The notes: generated from the letters alone by a model not told the origin. Positions 1 to 11,304 are shown, counted from the first letter of the stretch. The stretch is DNA of 48,735 nucleotides from Burkholderiales bacterium (GCA_028869095.1 JAGWTE010000001.1:1-48735), one strand, 5' to 3'. Program-made: numbers and translations.

Positions 1-1723
<1,723 letters not shown>

Positions 1724-1742
1724 TTAGGGCTGGTTCAGGCAC

Positions 1743-2876
1743 TCAGATGCGCATCGGCATCACGACGTACTTGAAGCCCTCAAATTCCGGATTGGTGATC
1801 AAGGCCGAGCTGTTGGCGTCTTGCAAAGACACGGTCACCATGTCCTGGCTCATGTTGGCCAGCACGTCCATCAAATACCCAACGTTAAACCCGATCTCAA
1901 AGGTGTCACCACCGTAATCGATTTCGAGTTCTTCCTTGGCCTCTTCTTGCTCGGCGTTGCTCGAGGCAATACCCAACAAGCCAGGGGCAAAGTTCAGGCG
2001 CACGCCTTTGAACTTCTCGCTGGTCAGGATGGCCGCGCGTTGCAGGCTGGCCAGCAAGGTGGTGCGGCCGATGGTGATGTGGTGCTTGTGGTTCTTGGGG
2101 ATGACGCGGTTGAAGTCGGGGAACTTGCCCTCGACCAGCTTGGTCACGAATTCCAGACCCCCGAAGTTGAACTTGGCCTGGTTGCCGGCAAAGCGCATTT
2201 CGATCATCTGCTGAGCTTCGTCATTGCTGCCGCCCTTGGCATCGTCCTTGAGCAGGCGTTGCAGCTCCAGCACCGTCTTGCGCGGCAGGATGACTTCCTG
2301 CTTGGGCATGTCGACTTCCAGGTTGGCTTGCGCCAGGGCCAGTCGGTGGCCATCGGTGGCGACCAAGGTCAGGCTGCTGCCTTCGGCCACGAACAGGATG
2401 CCGTTGAGGTAGTAACGGATGTCATGCACCGCCATGGCGAAGTGCACTTGGCTGATCAGGTTCTTGAGCGTTTTCTGGGGAACGCTAAACGCAGGACCGA
2501 AGTCAGCGGCTTCCTGGACCAAAGGGAAATCTTCGGCAGGCAGCGTCTGCAGCGTAAAACGGCTTTTGCCGCCTTGCAGGGTCAATTTGGACTGGTTGGC
2601 TGTCAGGGACACCGTTTGATCGCTGGGCAGGCTTTTAAGGATGTCCATGAGCTTCTTGGCGCCCACGGTGATCGCGTAATCGCCATCGTCGCCATCCAAC
2701 TGGGCGCTGGTGCGCACCTGGATTTCCAAATCGCTGGTGGTGAGTTCCACATTGGCGCCGGTCTTCTTGATGAGGACGTTGGCCAAGATGGGCAGCGTGT
2801 GGCGGCGTTCAACGATTCCGCCCACTGCTTGCAGGGCGGAGAGAACTTTTTCCTGAGCTGCTTTCAACACAATCAT
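1743..2876 (-). CDS. dnaN: DNA polymerase III beta clamp
   Basis: VERRHTLPILANV, RYYLNG, VATDGHRLA, C-terminal VVMPMRI; lies between dnaA and gyrB. Confidence 0.98.
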   Translation of the reverse strand: MIVLKAAQEKVLSALQAVGGIVERRHTLPILANVLIKKTGANVELTTSDLEIQVRTSAQLDGDDGDYAITVGAKKLMDILKSLPSDQTVSLTANQSKLTLQGGKSRFTLQTLPAEDFPLVQEAADFGPAFSVPQKTLKNLISQVHFAMAVHDIRYYLNGILFVAEGSSLTLVATDGHRLALAQANLEVDMPKQEVILPRKTVLELQRLLKDDAKGGSNDEAQQMIEMRFAGNQAKFNFGGLEFVTKLVEGKFPDFNRVIPKNHKHHITIGRTTLLASLQRAAILTSEKFKGVRLNFAPGLLGIASSNAEQEEAKEELEIDYGGDTFEIGFNVGYLMDVLANMSQDMVTVSLQDANSSALITNPEFEGFKYVVMPMRI

Positions 2877-3142
2877 TTCATTCTTTCAAATTGGTCGTCG
2901 TAGTAGAGGGCGACTTTTTCTGTGTACAACTGCTATTTTCTCTTGTTCCATCAACGATTTAGGCTTAGGACAAGCCTGTGGATCGCACCCGGCATCGTTT
3001 TGGGGACAACAGACAACAACTTTGGAAAACTCACGGGTCCTGTGGACAACCTCATGCTTGTTCTTTTGTTATCCACAGACCTGTTCCTTGACGCGTTGGC
3101 ACAGCCTGTGGTTGTAACCTAAAAATAAGCCAAAGCCGGGGC
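2877..3142. other. Probable oriC (dnaA-dnaN intergenic) with DnaA-box cluster
   Basis: AT-richer spacer with perfect TTATCCACA (3069-3077) and near-consensus boxes at 2921-2929, 2977-2985, 3001-3009, 3021-3029, 3041-3049. Confidence 0.8.
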
Positions 3143-4624
3143 TCAGCCCTTCAGGGTCTGCTCTAGGACGTGGAGTTGTTGATTCAGTTCAGAGTCCTTG
3201 CTGCGGTCGCTGCCGATCTTGCGGCAGGCGTGCAGCACCGTGGTGTGGTCACGGCCGCCAAACAGCTCGCCAATCTCGGGCAAGCTCTTTTGGGTCAACT
3301 CTTTGGCCAGGTACATGGCGATCTGGCGGGGGCGGGCAATTGAAGCAGGGCGCTTCTTGCTGTACATGTCCGCGACCTTGATCTTGTAAAAATCGGCCAC
3401 CGTCTTTTGGATGTTTTCGACGCTGATCTGGCGGTTCTGGATCGACAGCAGGTCTTTGAGCGCTTCCCGTGCCAGGCCGATGGTGATCTCTTTGTGGCTG
3501 AACTTGGCAAAGGCCAGCACCTTGCGCAGGGCGCCTTCAAGTTCACGCACGTTGGCGCGCACGTTCTTGGCCACGAAGAAGGCCACGTCTTCGGGCATGT
3601 CGATGCCTTCTTGCGCGGCCTTCTTGATCAAGATGGCCACGCGCATTTCCAGCTCGGGCGGCTCAATGGCCACGGTCAAGCCGGCATCAAAGCGGGACGT
3701 CAGCCGTTCATCGATGTTGACCAGACCCTTGGGATAGGTGTCGCTGGTCATGATGATGTGGGCCTTCTTGGCCAGCAGGGCCTCGAACGCGTTGAAGAAT
3801 TCTTCTTGGGTGCGGTCTTTGCCGGCGAAGAACTGCACATCGTCGATCAGCAGCAGATCAAGCTGGTGGTACTTGGCCTTCAGTTCATCAAAGGTTTTGC
3901 GTTGGTAGTTCTTGACCACGTCCGAGATGAACTGCTCGGCGTGCAGATACAAGATGCGCGCATCGGGCTTGTCGGCCAGCAGGGCATTGCCCACAGCGTT
4001 CATCAAGTGCGTCTTACCCAGGCCGACGCCGCCATAGATGAACAGCGGGTTGTACATCTGGCCGGGGGCGCCCGCCACGTGCAGGGCAGCAGTGCGCGCC
4101 ATCTGGTTGGCACGGCCGGGAACCAGCGTGTCAAAGGTCAAAGCGGGGTTGAGCCCCATGACCTGGGGGTGGTTGCGAGCGGGGGCCGCTTGTTGATAGA
4201 AACCTGAGCCTGTGGATAAGCTGTTCAATGGCTGGCCGGCGGCCTGGGCTGCTTGCACCGCTTGTGCGGCTTGCGAGTTGGCCGGCAAAGCACGCGCTGG
4301 CAGGACAACGCCGGGGCGTGCGGGAGCGGCTGGGCGCAAAGCCAGGGCCAGATCCAGACGCACGGGGCCGCCGCTCAACTCGGTCAAGATCGCTTCCAGG
4401 CGGGCGCTGTACTGGGTGCGGACCCAGTCCAGGATGAAACGGTTGGGCACGCGCACAGAAACTTGTGTGGCCCCATCGATGGCGGCGACGTCAGCTGCCG
4501 GCAAGGGACGAATCCACGTGTTGAACTGTTGTTCAGGCAGTTCGGTGGCCAGTTGTTCGAGCGCGCGGGGCCATAAAGAGCTCATGTCGGACGGCATAGT
4601 GACAGGTAATTCGGCGGCGCTCAT
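3143..4624 (-). CDS. dnaA: Chromosomal replication initiator DnaA
   Basis: [27 protein letters not shown] (Walker A), [26 protein letters not shown]. Start placed at ATG 4624; the exact start is uncertain. Confidence 0.98.
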   Translation of the reverse strand: MSAAELPVTMPSDMSSLWPRALEQLATELPEQQFNTWIRPLPAADVAAIDGATQVSVRVPNRFILDWVRTQYSARLEAILTELSGGPVRLDLALALRPAAPARPGVVLPARALPANSQAAQAVQAAQAAGQPLNSLSTGSGFYQQAAPARNHPQVMGLNPALTFDTLVPGRANQMARTAALHVAGAPGQMYNPLFIYGGVGLGKTHLMNAVGNALLADKPDARILYLHAEQFISDVVKNYQRKTFDELKAKYHQLDLLLIDDVQFFAGKDRTQEEFFNAFEALLAKKAHIIMTSDTYPKGLVNIDERLTSRFDAGLTVAIEPPELEMRVAILIKKAAQEGIDMPEDVAFFVAKNVRANVRELEGALRKVLAFAKFSHKEITIGLAREALKDLLSIQNRQISVENIQKTVADFYKIKVADMYSKKRPASIARPRQIAMYLAKELTQKSLPEIGELFGGRDHTTVLHACRKIGSDRSKDSELNQQLHVLEQTLKG

Positions 4625-4626
4625 GT

Positions 4627-4697
4627 TGTGAACAAGTGCTGGGCTGGGGGGGCGAATTCTAAGCGCGAGAAGGCCGGTTGGGAACAGGTTATCCACA
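4627..4697 (-). promoter_or_regulatory. dnaA promoter flanked by DnaA boxes
   Basis: Minus strand TTCCCA-17 bp-TAGAAT (4684..4656); perfect box at 4689-4697 and TTGTTCACA box at 4627-4635. Confidence 0.65.
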
Positions 4698-4750
4698 GAT
4701 TTTTACCCATGGAAAAAGATGCTTGATTTGCAGACCCTTCATTCAGACCG

Positions 4751-4779
4751 TTGACCTGCGGGCAGAAATATGCTGCAAT
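4751..4779 (+). promoter_or_regulatory. Sigma70-like promoter of the rpmH operon
   Basis: TTGACC-17 bp-TGCAAT upstream of rpmH. Confidence 0.55.
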
Positions 4780-4862
4780 CGCGGGTTCTTCCGGTTATCA
4801 AATGCCGGGAACCCCCACGGCAATTGCATCGGCGGGGTGACATCACAAGATGAAGGATCATC

Positions 4863-4997
4863 ATGAAACGCACTTACCAACCTTCTAAGACCCGCCGCGC
4901 CCGCACCCATGGTTTCCTGGTGCGCATGAAGACCAAGGGTGGCCGCAAGGTCCTGAACGCTCGCCGCGCCAAGGGCCGCAAGCGTTTGGCCCTGTAA
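4863..4997 (+). CDS. rpmH: 50S ribosomal protein L34
   Basis: Not in the ORF track; translates [44 protein letters not shown]. Confidence 0.98.
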   Translation: MKRTYQPSKTRRARTHGFLVRMKTKGGRKVLNARRAKGRKRLAL

Positions 4998-5069
4998 TCG
5001 GTTCACGCTCGATTTGGCCGGTTTGACCGGGGTCTGCATGGCCCCTGTCTGCACCCATCACTGACTGCT

Positions 5070-5534
5070 GTGCGCCCCCCAAGCCTGAAAGCCGCTGACT
5101 TTCAACAGGCATTGGGTACACGCCCAGTGGCTCGCACGAATCATTTCGTGCTGCACACCTTGTTGCGAACCCCGGGCACCAGCCCGTCGGGGGCGTCAAC
5201 ACATCCCGAGTTGTCAACAGACCTGACCGAGTTGGTCGAGGTGCCTGTGGATGACTGGCGATTTGGTGTGGTGTTTCCCAAGCGGCTGGCTCGCCGCTCG
5301 GTCACGCGGTCCCTTCTCAGACACCAGGCTCGTGAAGCCTTGCGTCGTCACGCCCCGGCTGTCATGGCTTCGGGGCTTTTTGGCGTCGGCGTGTCGGGTT
5401 GGGTTTTGCGTTTGAAGGCCCCGTTTGACCGTCAGACCTTTCCCAGTGCCGCGTCCGACGCGCTCAATGCCGTCGTCCGGCAAGAGCTGGATGAGTTGTG
5501 GGCGCGTCTGATTCAACGCAAGGCACAATCATGA
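5070..5534 (+). CDS. rnpA: RNase P protein component
   Basis: RFGVVFPKRLARRSVTRSLLRHQARE (RNR-like motif); position between rpmH and yidD. Start uncertain. Confidence 0.88.
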   Translation: MRPPSLKAADFQQALGTRPVARTNHFVLHTLLRTPGTSPSGASTHPELSTDLTELVEVPVDDWRFGVVFPKRLARRSVTRSLLRHQAREALRRHAPAVMASGLFGVGVSGWVLRLKAPFDRQTFPSAASDALNAVVRQELDELWARLIQRKAQS

Positions 5535-5863
5535 AGGCCGTCAAGTTGGCCTTGCTGGGGGCGGTCATGACCGTGTTAGGCTGGCTCTCGCGCGCCATCA
5601 ATGCGATGTTGATGGGCGTGGTCCGGGCGTATCGGTTCTTTTTGAGCCCCTGGCTGGGATCGGCCTGCCGGTTCACGCCCACCTGTTCCCAATATGCTTT
5701 GCAAGCGCTGCAGCAGCATGGCCCGGCTGCGGGCTCTTATCTGGCTGCGCGGCGTTTGCTGCGGTGCCACCCGGCTTGTGCGGGTGGCCATGACCCTGTA
5801 CCTGAACAAGCCCCGCGCTTGTTTTCTTTTTCTAAACCCTCGTCGGATTCACCTCGCTCATGA
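5531..5863 (+). CDS. yidD: Membrane protein insertion efficiency factor YidD
   Basis: CRFTPTCSQYA, RLLRCHP, GGHDPVP; ATGA overlaps with rnpA and yidC. Confidence 0.95.
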   Translation: MKAVKLALLGAVMTVLGWLSRAINAMLMGVVRAYRFFLSPWLGSACRFTPTCSQYALQALQQHGPAAGSYLAARRLLRCHPACAGGHDPVPEQAPRLFSFSKPSSDSPRS

Positions 5864-7560
5864 ACGATCTGCGTCGCACCCTGCTGTGGTCGGTGTTCGC
5901 CTTCTCGCTGCTGATGCTGTGGGATGGCTGGTTGCGCCACACCGGTCAGCCGTCTTTGTTTAGCCCTGCGCCCGCTGTGGCTGAGGCCCCGGCATCTGCT
6001 GCCAGCAGCGCAACCGGCGTGCCCGCCGCTGCGACGGCTTTACCCGGTACGCAGGCTGCTGCGCCGGCGGCGGCCCAAGCTGCACAAGCCGCATCGGGCC
6101 CGGCTGAAGTCCCCCATGAGTTGGTCACCATCACGACGGACGTGGTCAAGGCCACGGTCGACTCCCGTGGTGGCAGCCTGGTCAAGGTGGAGCTGCTCAA
6201 GCACAGCGACCAAGAAGACAAGAACAAGAACATGGTGGTGCTGGACAAAACGGCCACGCACACCTATGTGGCTGAAACCGGTTTGATCGGTCAGTCGGCT
6301 GGCGAGGCCTTGCCCAACCACACCACGGCATTTGTGGTGTTGAGCAAGGATCGTGAATTGGCCGCTGGTGCCGATCAGATCGAGTTGAAGCTGGAGTCGG
6401 TGCCGGTCAACGGTGTCAAGCTGGTCAAGACTTACACCTTCAAGCGTGGCGACTATGCCATTGGTGTCAAGCAAGACGTGGTGAACGCGTCTGCGGCGGC
6501 GATCAAGCCTGAGCTGTATGTGCAGCTGGAGCGTGACGGCTCTGCGCCGCAAAAGGCGCAAGGTCCTGCCTTCATGGGCGGCCCACAAGCTTATACCGGC
6601 ATGGCCATTTTCAATGCCAAGGGCAAGTATCAAAAGCGTGCCTTCAAGGACATTGACGAAGGCAAGGGCGATTTTGAGAAGGTGGACGACAACGGCTGGG
6701 TGGCCATGGTGGAACACCACTTTGCATCGGCCTGGTTGCAAAACGACAAGGTGCAACGCGAGTTCTTCAGCAAGAAGATCGCCACCAATTTGTACGCCTC
6801 TGGCATGTTGTTCAACCTGGGCGATGTGGCCGCAGGCCAGTCCAAGTCGTTTGACTCGGTGCTGTTTGTCGGCCCTCAAGAAGAGAACAAGCTCAAGGCT
6901 TTGGCCCCCGGTCTGGAGTATGTGAAGGACTATGGCTGGACCCACATCATGGCCGCGCCGCTGTTCTGGCTGCTGGACAAGATCCATGGCTTGATCGGCA
7001 ACTGGGGCTGGGCGATCGTGGCTTTGGTGGTTTTGCTCAAGGCCGCGTTCTACTGGTTGAACGCCAGCGCCTACCGTTCGATGGCCAAGATGAAAGCCCT
7101 GAACCCCCGCATCCAGTTGATGCGCGAGAACCTCAAGGACGACCCGCAAAAGATGCAGCAAGAGATGCTGAAGATCTACCGCGAAGAGAAGGTCAACCCC
7201 ATTGGTGGCTGCTTGCCCATCGTGATCCAGATCCCCGTGTTCATCGCCTTGTACTCGGTGCTGTCCTCGTCGGTCGAGATCCGCAACGCGCCCTGGATTG
7301 GTTGGATCACCGACTTGTCGGTCAAGGATCCGTTCTTTGTGCTGCCGGCTTTGATGACCTTGTCGACCTTGCTGCAGACCTGGTTGAACCCCACGCCACC
7401 TGATCCTGTTCAGGCCAAGATGATGTGGATCATGCCGCTGCTGTTCAGCGTGATGTTCTTCTTCTTCCCCGCTGGCTTGGTGCTGTACTGGTTCACCAAC
7501 AACGTGCTGTCCATTGCCCAACAATGGATCATCAACAAGCAGATTGGTGCCAGCAAGTAA
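5860..7560 (+). CDS. yidC: Membrane protein insertase YidC
   Basis: DYGW, GNWGWAIV, NPIGGCLP, PAGLVLYWFTNN. Confidence 0.98.
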   Translation: MNDLRRTLLWSVFAFSLLMLWDGWLRHTGQPSLFSPAPAVAEAPASAASSATGVPAAATALPGTQAAAPAAAQAAQAASGPAEVPHELVTITTDVVKATVDSRGGSLVKVELLKHSDQEDKNKNMVVLDKTATHTYVAETGLIGQSAGEALPNHTTAFVVLSKDRELAAGADQIELKLESVPVNGVKLVKTYTFKRGDYAIGVKQDVVNASAAAIKPELYVQLERDGSAPQKAQGPAFMGGPQAYTGMAIFNAKGKYQKRAFKDIDEGKGDFEKVDDNGWVAMVEHHFASAWLQNDKVQREFFSKKIATNLYASGMLFNLGDVAAGQSKSFDSVLFVGPQEENKLKALAPGLEYVKDYGWTHIMAAPLFWLLDKIHGLIGNWGWAIVALVVLLKAAFYWLNASAYRSMAKMKALNPRIQLMRENLKDDPQKMQQEMLKIYREEKVNPIGGCLPIVIQIPVFIALYSVLSSSVEIRNAPWIGWITDLSVKDPFFVLPALMTLSTLLQTWLNPTPPDPVQAKMMWIMPLLFSVMFFFFPAGLVLYWFTNNVLSIAQQWIINKQIGASK

Positions 7561-7578
7561 ACGGTCTTGACCCAAGAG

Positions 7579-7614
7579 AAAGCCGCCTGATGTTGAAGTC
7601 AGGCGGCTTTTTTA
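7579..7614 (+). terminator. Intrinsic terminator after yidC (possibly bidirectional)
   Basis: AAAGCCGCCTGA-loop-TCAGGCGGCTTT followed by TTT; lies between convergent genes. Confidence 0.85.
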
Positions 7615-7641
7615 TTGATGGCTGGCGATCAGTTCATCGGC

Positions 7642-8073
7642 TCATGGCACAACGTAGACCACTTTGACTTGCGCATCGACGGCGGACTTGTCGATGAAGC
7701 CGATGACGTTGGGGTTGTTGGTCGCCAGCTTTTTGACTTCGTTCGAGTCGGACACTTCTTTGGGGACCGTGCCGCCGCCGGTGAAGGTCAGGCGAGCCCA
7801 GACCGAACGCGTTTGCGAGTCTGTCTTGCCCAGCACCTTTTCAAAGAACTCGTCTTTGAGTGAGCCGTTGCCCACCACGGTGGGCAAGGCGATGCCGCCG
7901 GAGGGGAAGCGTTTGGTCCGTCCCAGATACAGGTCCGAGACCTGAGATTGGGTCAGCTCGCCCACATTGCTTTTGGCACCCACGACGACGACGACGTCGG
8001 CCTGGGCCAGTGCGCAAACCCCTGACAGGCTGATGGTCACGACCAGAGAGACGATGGGTTGAGTCTTCATCAT
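7642..8073 (-). CDS. Small exported PBP-like protein (family often labelled phosphate ABC substrate-binding), copy 1
   Basis: Signal peptide ending AQA-D; WARLTFTG, NPNVIGFID; paralogue at 31670-32083. Confidence 0.75.
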   Translation of the reverse strand: MMKTQPIVSLVVTISLSGVCALAQADVVVVVGAKSNVGELTQSQVSDLYLGRTKRFPSGGIALPTVVGNGSLKDEFFEKVLGKTDSQTRSVWARLTFTGGGTVPKEVSDSNEVKKLATNNPNVIGFIDKSAVDAQVKVVYVVP

Positions 8074-8084
8074 GGTCTCCCTGT

Positions 8085-9335
8085 TCAGAAAATGAAGTCC
8101 AGATTCAGGGTCAGGCTGTTGACTTTGCCGTCGAAGGCGCTGGGTGTGGCCGGCGGCGCTGGAATGTCATAAGACAAGGCAGGGTTGGTGCCATAGGCGG
8201 GGTGGGCGACCTTGTATTGATCCCACTGCATTTTGAGCGCCAGTTTGGGCGCGAAGTCCCAACGCACACCCGCACCAATTTGCTTGCGGTCGCCACGACC
8301 CAGGCCCACAAACGAATCGTTGTAGAACTGGATGGCGCTGGCATAAGCGGGCGCGGTGGGCTGCAAGCCCAAGTCAGCTTCGGTGATCTTGAATTGGCCC
8401 AGCATCACATAAGGAGTCCAGGCATGGATGCGTTTGCCCGCCATGGCGTACCAACCCCGGGCGTCAGGCACCAAGATGGAGTTGCCCGGGCGAGTGGCCC
8501 ATTCGGCCTGGACGATGTAGGTGTCGTCGTCGTACATCGCACCGATCGTCTGAACGCCTGCTTTGACACCTGTCAGGACGAGCCGATCGTTCAGCACGGC
8601 TGTGCAGTTTGAGCAGGCAGGACTGGCTTGCAAGGCAGCGACTTTGGCGGCAGTGGTCGCACTCAGGGCGACGTCGATTTTGACCTCGGTGAGGCCGGCA
8701 CGCAGTGTCCACGGGCCTTGCGTATAGCGAGCCGCCAGACCAAAGAGTTGTTTGGCCTGGTACTTGGCGGTGGTGTTGGTGACGGCCGATTTACCGGCCA
8801 CGCCTTCCAGGCCAAATTCCTTGTCATCGATGCGGGTGTTCCATTTGAAGTTGACCCCATTGGCATTGGTGATCGGGTTCATCTGGTACATCGTGTTCAT
8901 GGGACGCGCCATGACTTGGGCGAAGGCGACGTTGCGGGTCTCGGAGGTCATGAACACCGGGGCCACCACGCGACCGGCTTTGACATTCAAGGAGGCATTG
9001 ACGTCCCATCCCAGATAAGCCCATTCGATCTTGGGCCAGGTGCTGCCGTAGGCGTCTTGCTTGGAGACGAACTGCATGACCCCTTTGAGGTCGCCATGGG
9101 GGTTGACGGTGAATTGCGCCGCCAGCACGGTGTCGGCGTCCAGGCGCACCTCGTTGAGCGAGCCGGTTTTTTCACGCGGGTCGGCGTGGACAGAGGCAAT
9201 GGGGTCGTCGGCCTTGAAGGCGCCCAAGGTGCCAAAGCCTTCCAGCCTGACGTTGTCGTCCAGGTCGTAGGCATGGGCCGTTTGGCTCAGTACCCCATTG
9301 AGGATCACCAGGGCAAGGAGGGGTCGGAGCGTCAT
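8085..9335 (-). CDS. Outer-membrane beta-barrel (porin-like) protein, copy 1
   Basis: Signal peptide AHA-Y; EWAYLGW, KAGR, GVRWDF..LALK; terminal LDFIF (Bam-type Phe). Confidence 0.8.
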   Translation of the reverse strand: MTLRPLLALVILNGVLSQTAHAYDLDDNVRLEGFGTLGAFKADDPIASVHADPREKTGSLNEVRLDADTVLAAQFTVNPHGDLKGVMQFVSKQDAYGSTWPKIEWAYLGWDVNASLNVKAGRVVAPVFMTSETRNVAFAQVMARPMNTMYQMNPITNANGVNFKWNTRIDDKEFGLEGVAGKSAVTNTTAKYQAKQLFGLAARYTQGPWTLRAGLTEVKIDVALSATTAAKVAALQASPACSNCTAVLNDRLVLTGVKAGVQTIGAMYDDDTYIVQAEWATRPGNSILVPDARGWYAMAGKRIHAWTPYVMLGQFKITEADLGLQPTAPAYASAIQFYNDSFVGLGRGDRKQIGAGVRWDFAPKLALKMQWDQYKVAHPAYGTNPALSYDIPAPPATPSAFDGKVNSLTLNLDFIF

Positions 9336-9465
9336 GTTGCAGTACCTGTCCTGAAATCAAGGAGGAACAGGTCATGCTAGTCCCGACCGGGGGAGGCGAG
9401 GGATTAGGAGAAATCACCTTGTCAGATGGATCCGACGAGGGACACAGGTCTCCTGGATGCGGAAC

Positions 9466-9591
9466 TCAGTCGCGACGGCGTCGGCTCAAAATCATGCTGG
9501 CCGCCAAGGCCGATGCGGCCAGCATGGGCCACAGTGGCAGATCGGCGTTGCTTTGGCTGATCAGGATCAGGTCGTTGAGCAGGTTGGTCAT
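9466..9591 (-). CDS. 41-aa small membrane peptide
   Basis: GGGAG RBS before ATG; MTNLLNDLILISQSNADLPLWPMLAASALAASMILSRRRRD has a hydrophobic helix and basic tail. Confidence 0.55.
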   Translation of the reverse strand: MTNLLNDLILISQSNADLPLWPMLAASALAASMILSRRRRD

Positions 9592-9611
9592 GGCAGTTCT
9601 CCCAATATTTG

Positions 9612-9644
9612 TGCATGACAAAAAATGTCTGCTTTTGTCATGCA
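9612..9644. promoter_or_regulatory. 12-bp perfect inverted repeat, candidate operator
   Basis: TGCATGACAAAA-9 bp-TTTTGTCATGCA in a divergent promoter region. Confidence 0.55.
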
Positions 9645-9770
9645 AGATGAATGCCAATTTAAGGGTTTTCCTTGATCCCTCTGTGACAGTGGGGCCAGTT
9701 GCATGGCTCATGCACAGGCTTGCCAGATGACAATGGCGTGATTAACGGACGATGTCTGAGGATGGATTGC

Positions 9771-11204
9771 ATGTCGTGGAGTGAACGGGCCCAGCCCATC
9801 GTGGCGATTGCCACGGCGTCGGGCCGAGGGGCGGTGGGGATCGTGCGCGTGTCGGGCAAAGGGCTGATGCCTTTGATGCAGGCCTTGTTGGGGCGTGATT
9901 TGCCCGCGCGGCAGGCGGTGTACGGTCCGTTCAAGGACGCCCAGGGCGAGGCGATTGACCATGGTCTGGCTTTGTACTTTCCGGGGCCGCACAGCTACAC
10001 GGGGGAAGATGTGCTGGAGTTGCAGGGCCACGGAGGGCCGGTGGTGATGCAGCTCTTGTTGGCGCGTTGTCTGGAGGCTGCTGCTGAGTTGGCGCCGATG
10101 ACGGGCCAATCCCGTTTGCCAGGTTTGCGCTTGGCCGAGCCGGGCGAGTTCACCCAGCGGGCCTTTTTGAACGACAAGATCGACCTGGCTCAGGCCGAAG
10201 CGATTGCCGATTTGATCGACGCCAGCACCGAGGCGGCCGCGCGTTCGGCCAGCCGGTCTTTGGGTGGGGCGTTTTCCAAAGAGATTGAAGATTTGCGCGA
10301 GCGCATGGTCAACCTGCGCATGTTGGTGGAGGCCACGCTGGACTTTCCGGAAGAGGAGATCGACTTCCTGGAAAAGGCGGATGCCCGTGGCAAGCTGGAC
10401 CGCATCGCCCAGCAATTGGAGACCGTGCTGGGGCATGCCAAACAAGGCGCTTTGTTGCGCGAAGGTTTGCAGGTGGTGTTGGCCGGCCAGCCCAATGCAG
10501 GCAAGAGCTCTTTGCTCAATGCCTTGGCGGGGGCCGAGTTGGCCATCGTCACGCCCATTGCGGGCACCACGCGCGACAAGGTCAGCGAGACCATCCAGAT
10601 CGAAGGCGTGCCGCTGCATGTGATCGACACCGCTGGCTTGCGGGCCGACCACGAAGCCAGCGATGAGGTTGAACGCATCGGCATGGCGCGCAGTTGGGAG
10701 GCCATTGAGGGCGCCGATGCCGTGCTGTTCTTGCATGACCTGACGCGCGTGTCAGAGGCCGTGTATGCCCAGGCCGATGCCGACATTGCCCAGCGCTTGC
10801 CCGAGCATGTGCCGGTGGTCCATGTCTACAACAAGGTCGATGAGCAGCCCATGGCGCAGGCCCCGATGCCGCAAGCGTGGCACGAGGGCGATGAGGTCGT
10901 GTCCCTGTCGGCCAAGACCGGCGCGGGCTTGAACACATTGCGCCAGACGCTGTTGCGCCTAGCAGGTTGGCAGGCCGCGCAGGAAGGGGTTTTCATCGCG
11001 CGCCAGCGGCATGTCCAATCTTTACGGGCGGCGCGTGAACATGTTCACATGGCGCAGGCGCATGCCGCTTTGGCCGATGGCGCGTTGGACCTGATGGCAG
11101 AAGAGCTGCGGCTGGCGCACAATGCACTGGGAACCATCACCGGCGCGTTCACGTCGGATGATCTGCTGGGCGAGATCTTCACGCGGTTTTGCATTGGTAA
11201 ATAG
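9771..11204 (+). CDS. mnmE: tRNA modification GTPase MnmE
   Basis: [47 protein letters not shown], terminal FCIGK. Confidence 0.98.
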   Translation: MSWSERAQPIVAIATASGRGAVGIVRVSGKGLMPLMQALLGRDLPARQAVYGPFKDAQGEAIDHGLALYFPGPHSYTGEDVLELQGHGGPVVMQLLLARCLEAAAELAPMTGQSRLPGLRLAEPGEFTQRAFLNDKIDLAQAEAIADLIDASTEAAARSASRSLGGAFSKEIEDLRERMVNLRMLVEATLDFPEEEIDFLEKADARGKLDRIAQQLETVLGHAKQGALLREGLQVVLAGQPNAGKSSLLNALAGAELAIVTPIAGTTRDKVSETIQIEGVPLHVIDTAGLRADHEASDEVERIGMARSWEAIEGADAVLFLHDLTRVSEAVYAQADADIAQRLPEHVPVVHVYNKVDEQPMAQAPMPQAWHEGDEVVSLSAKTGAGLNTLRQTLLRLAGWQAAQEGVFIARQRHVQSLRAAREHVHMAQAHAALADGALDLMAEELRLAHNALGTITGAFTSDDLLGEIFTRFCIGK

Positions 11205-11304
11205 CCTGTATGCAACACGTTAAGCAACACGTTGACCGCCAGGCAGTTGTGATCGATTAAATTCATAAGATTGCGCGCGCGTGCGCGACATGATTGAGGC
11301 GAAG

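Noticed and set aside
4625-4696. Longer DnaA N-terminus in the ORF track
   Set aside because: The GTG lies within a DnaA box and the promoter; the ATG at 4624 or later fits better.
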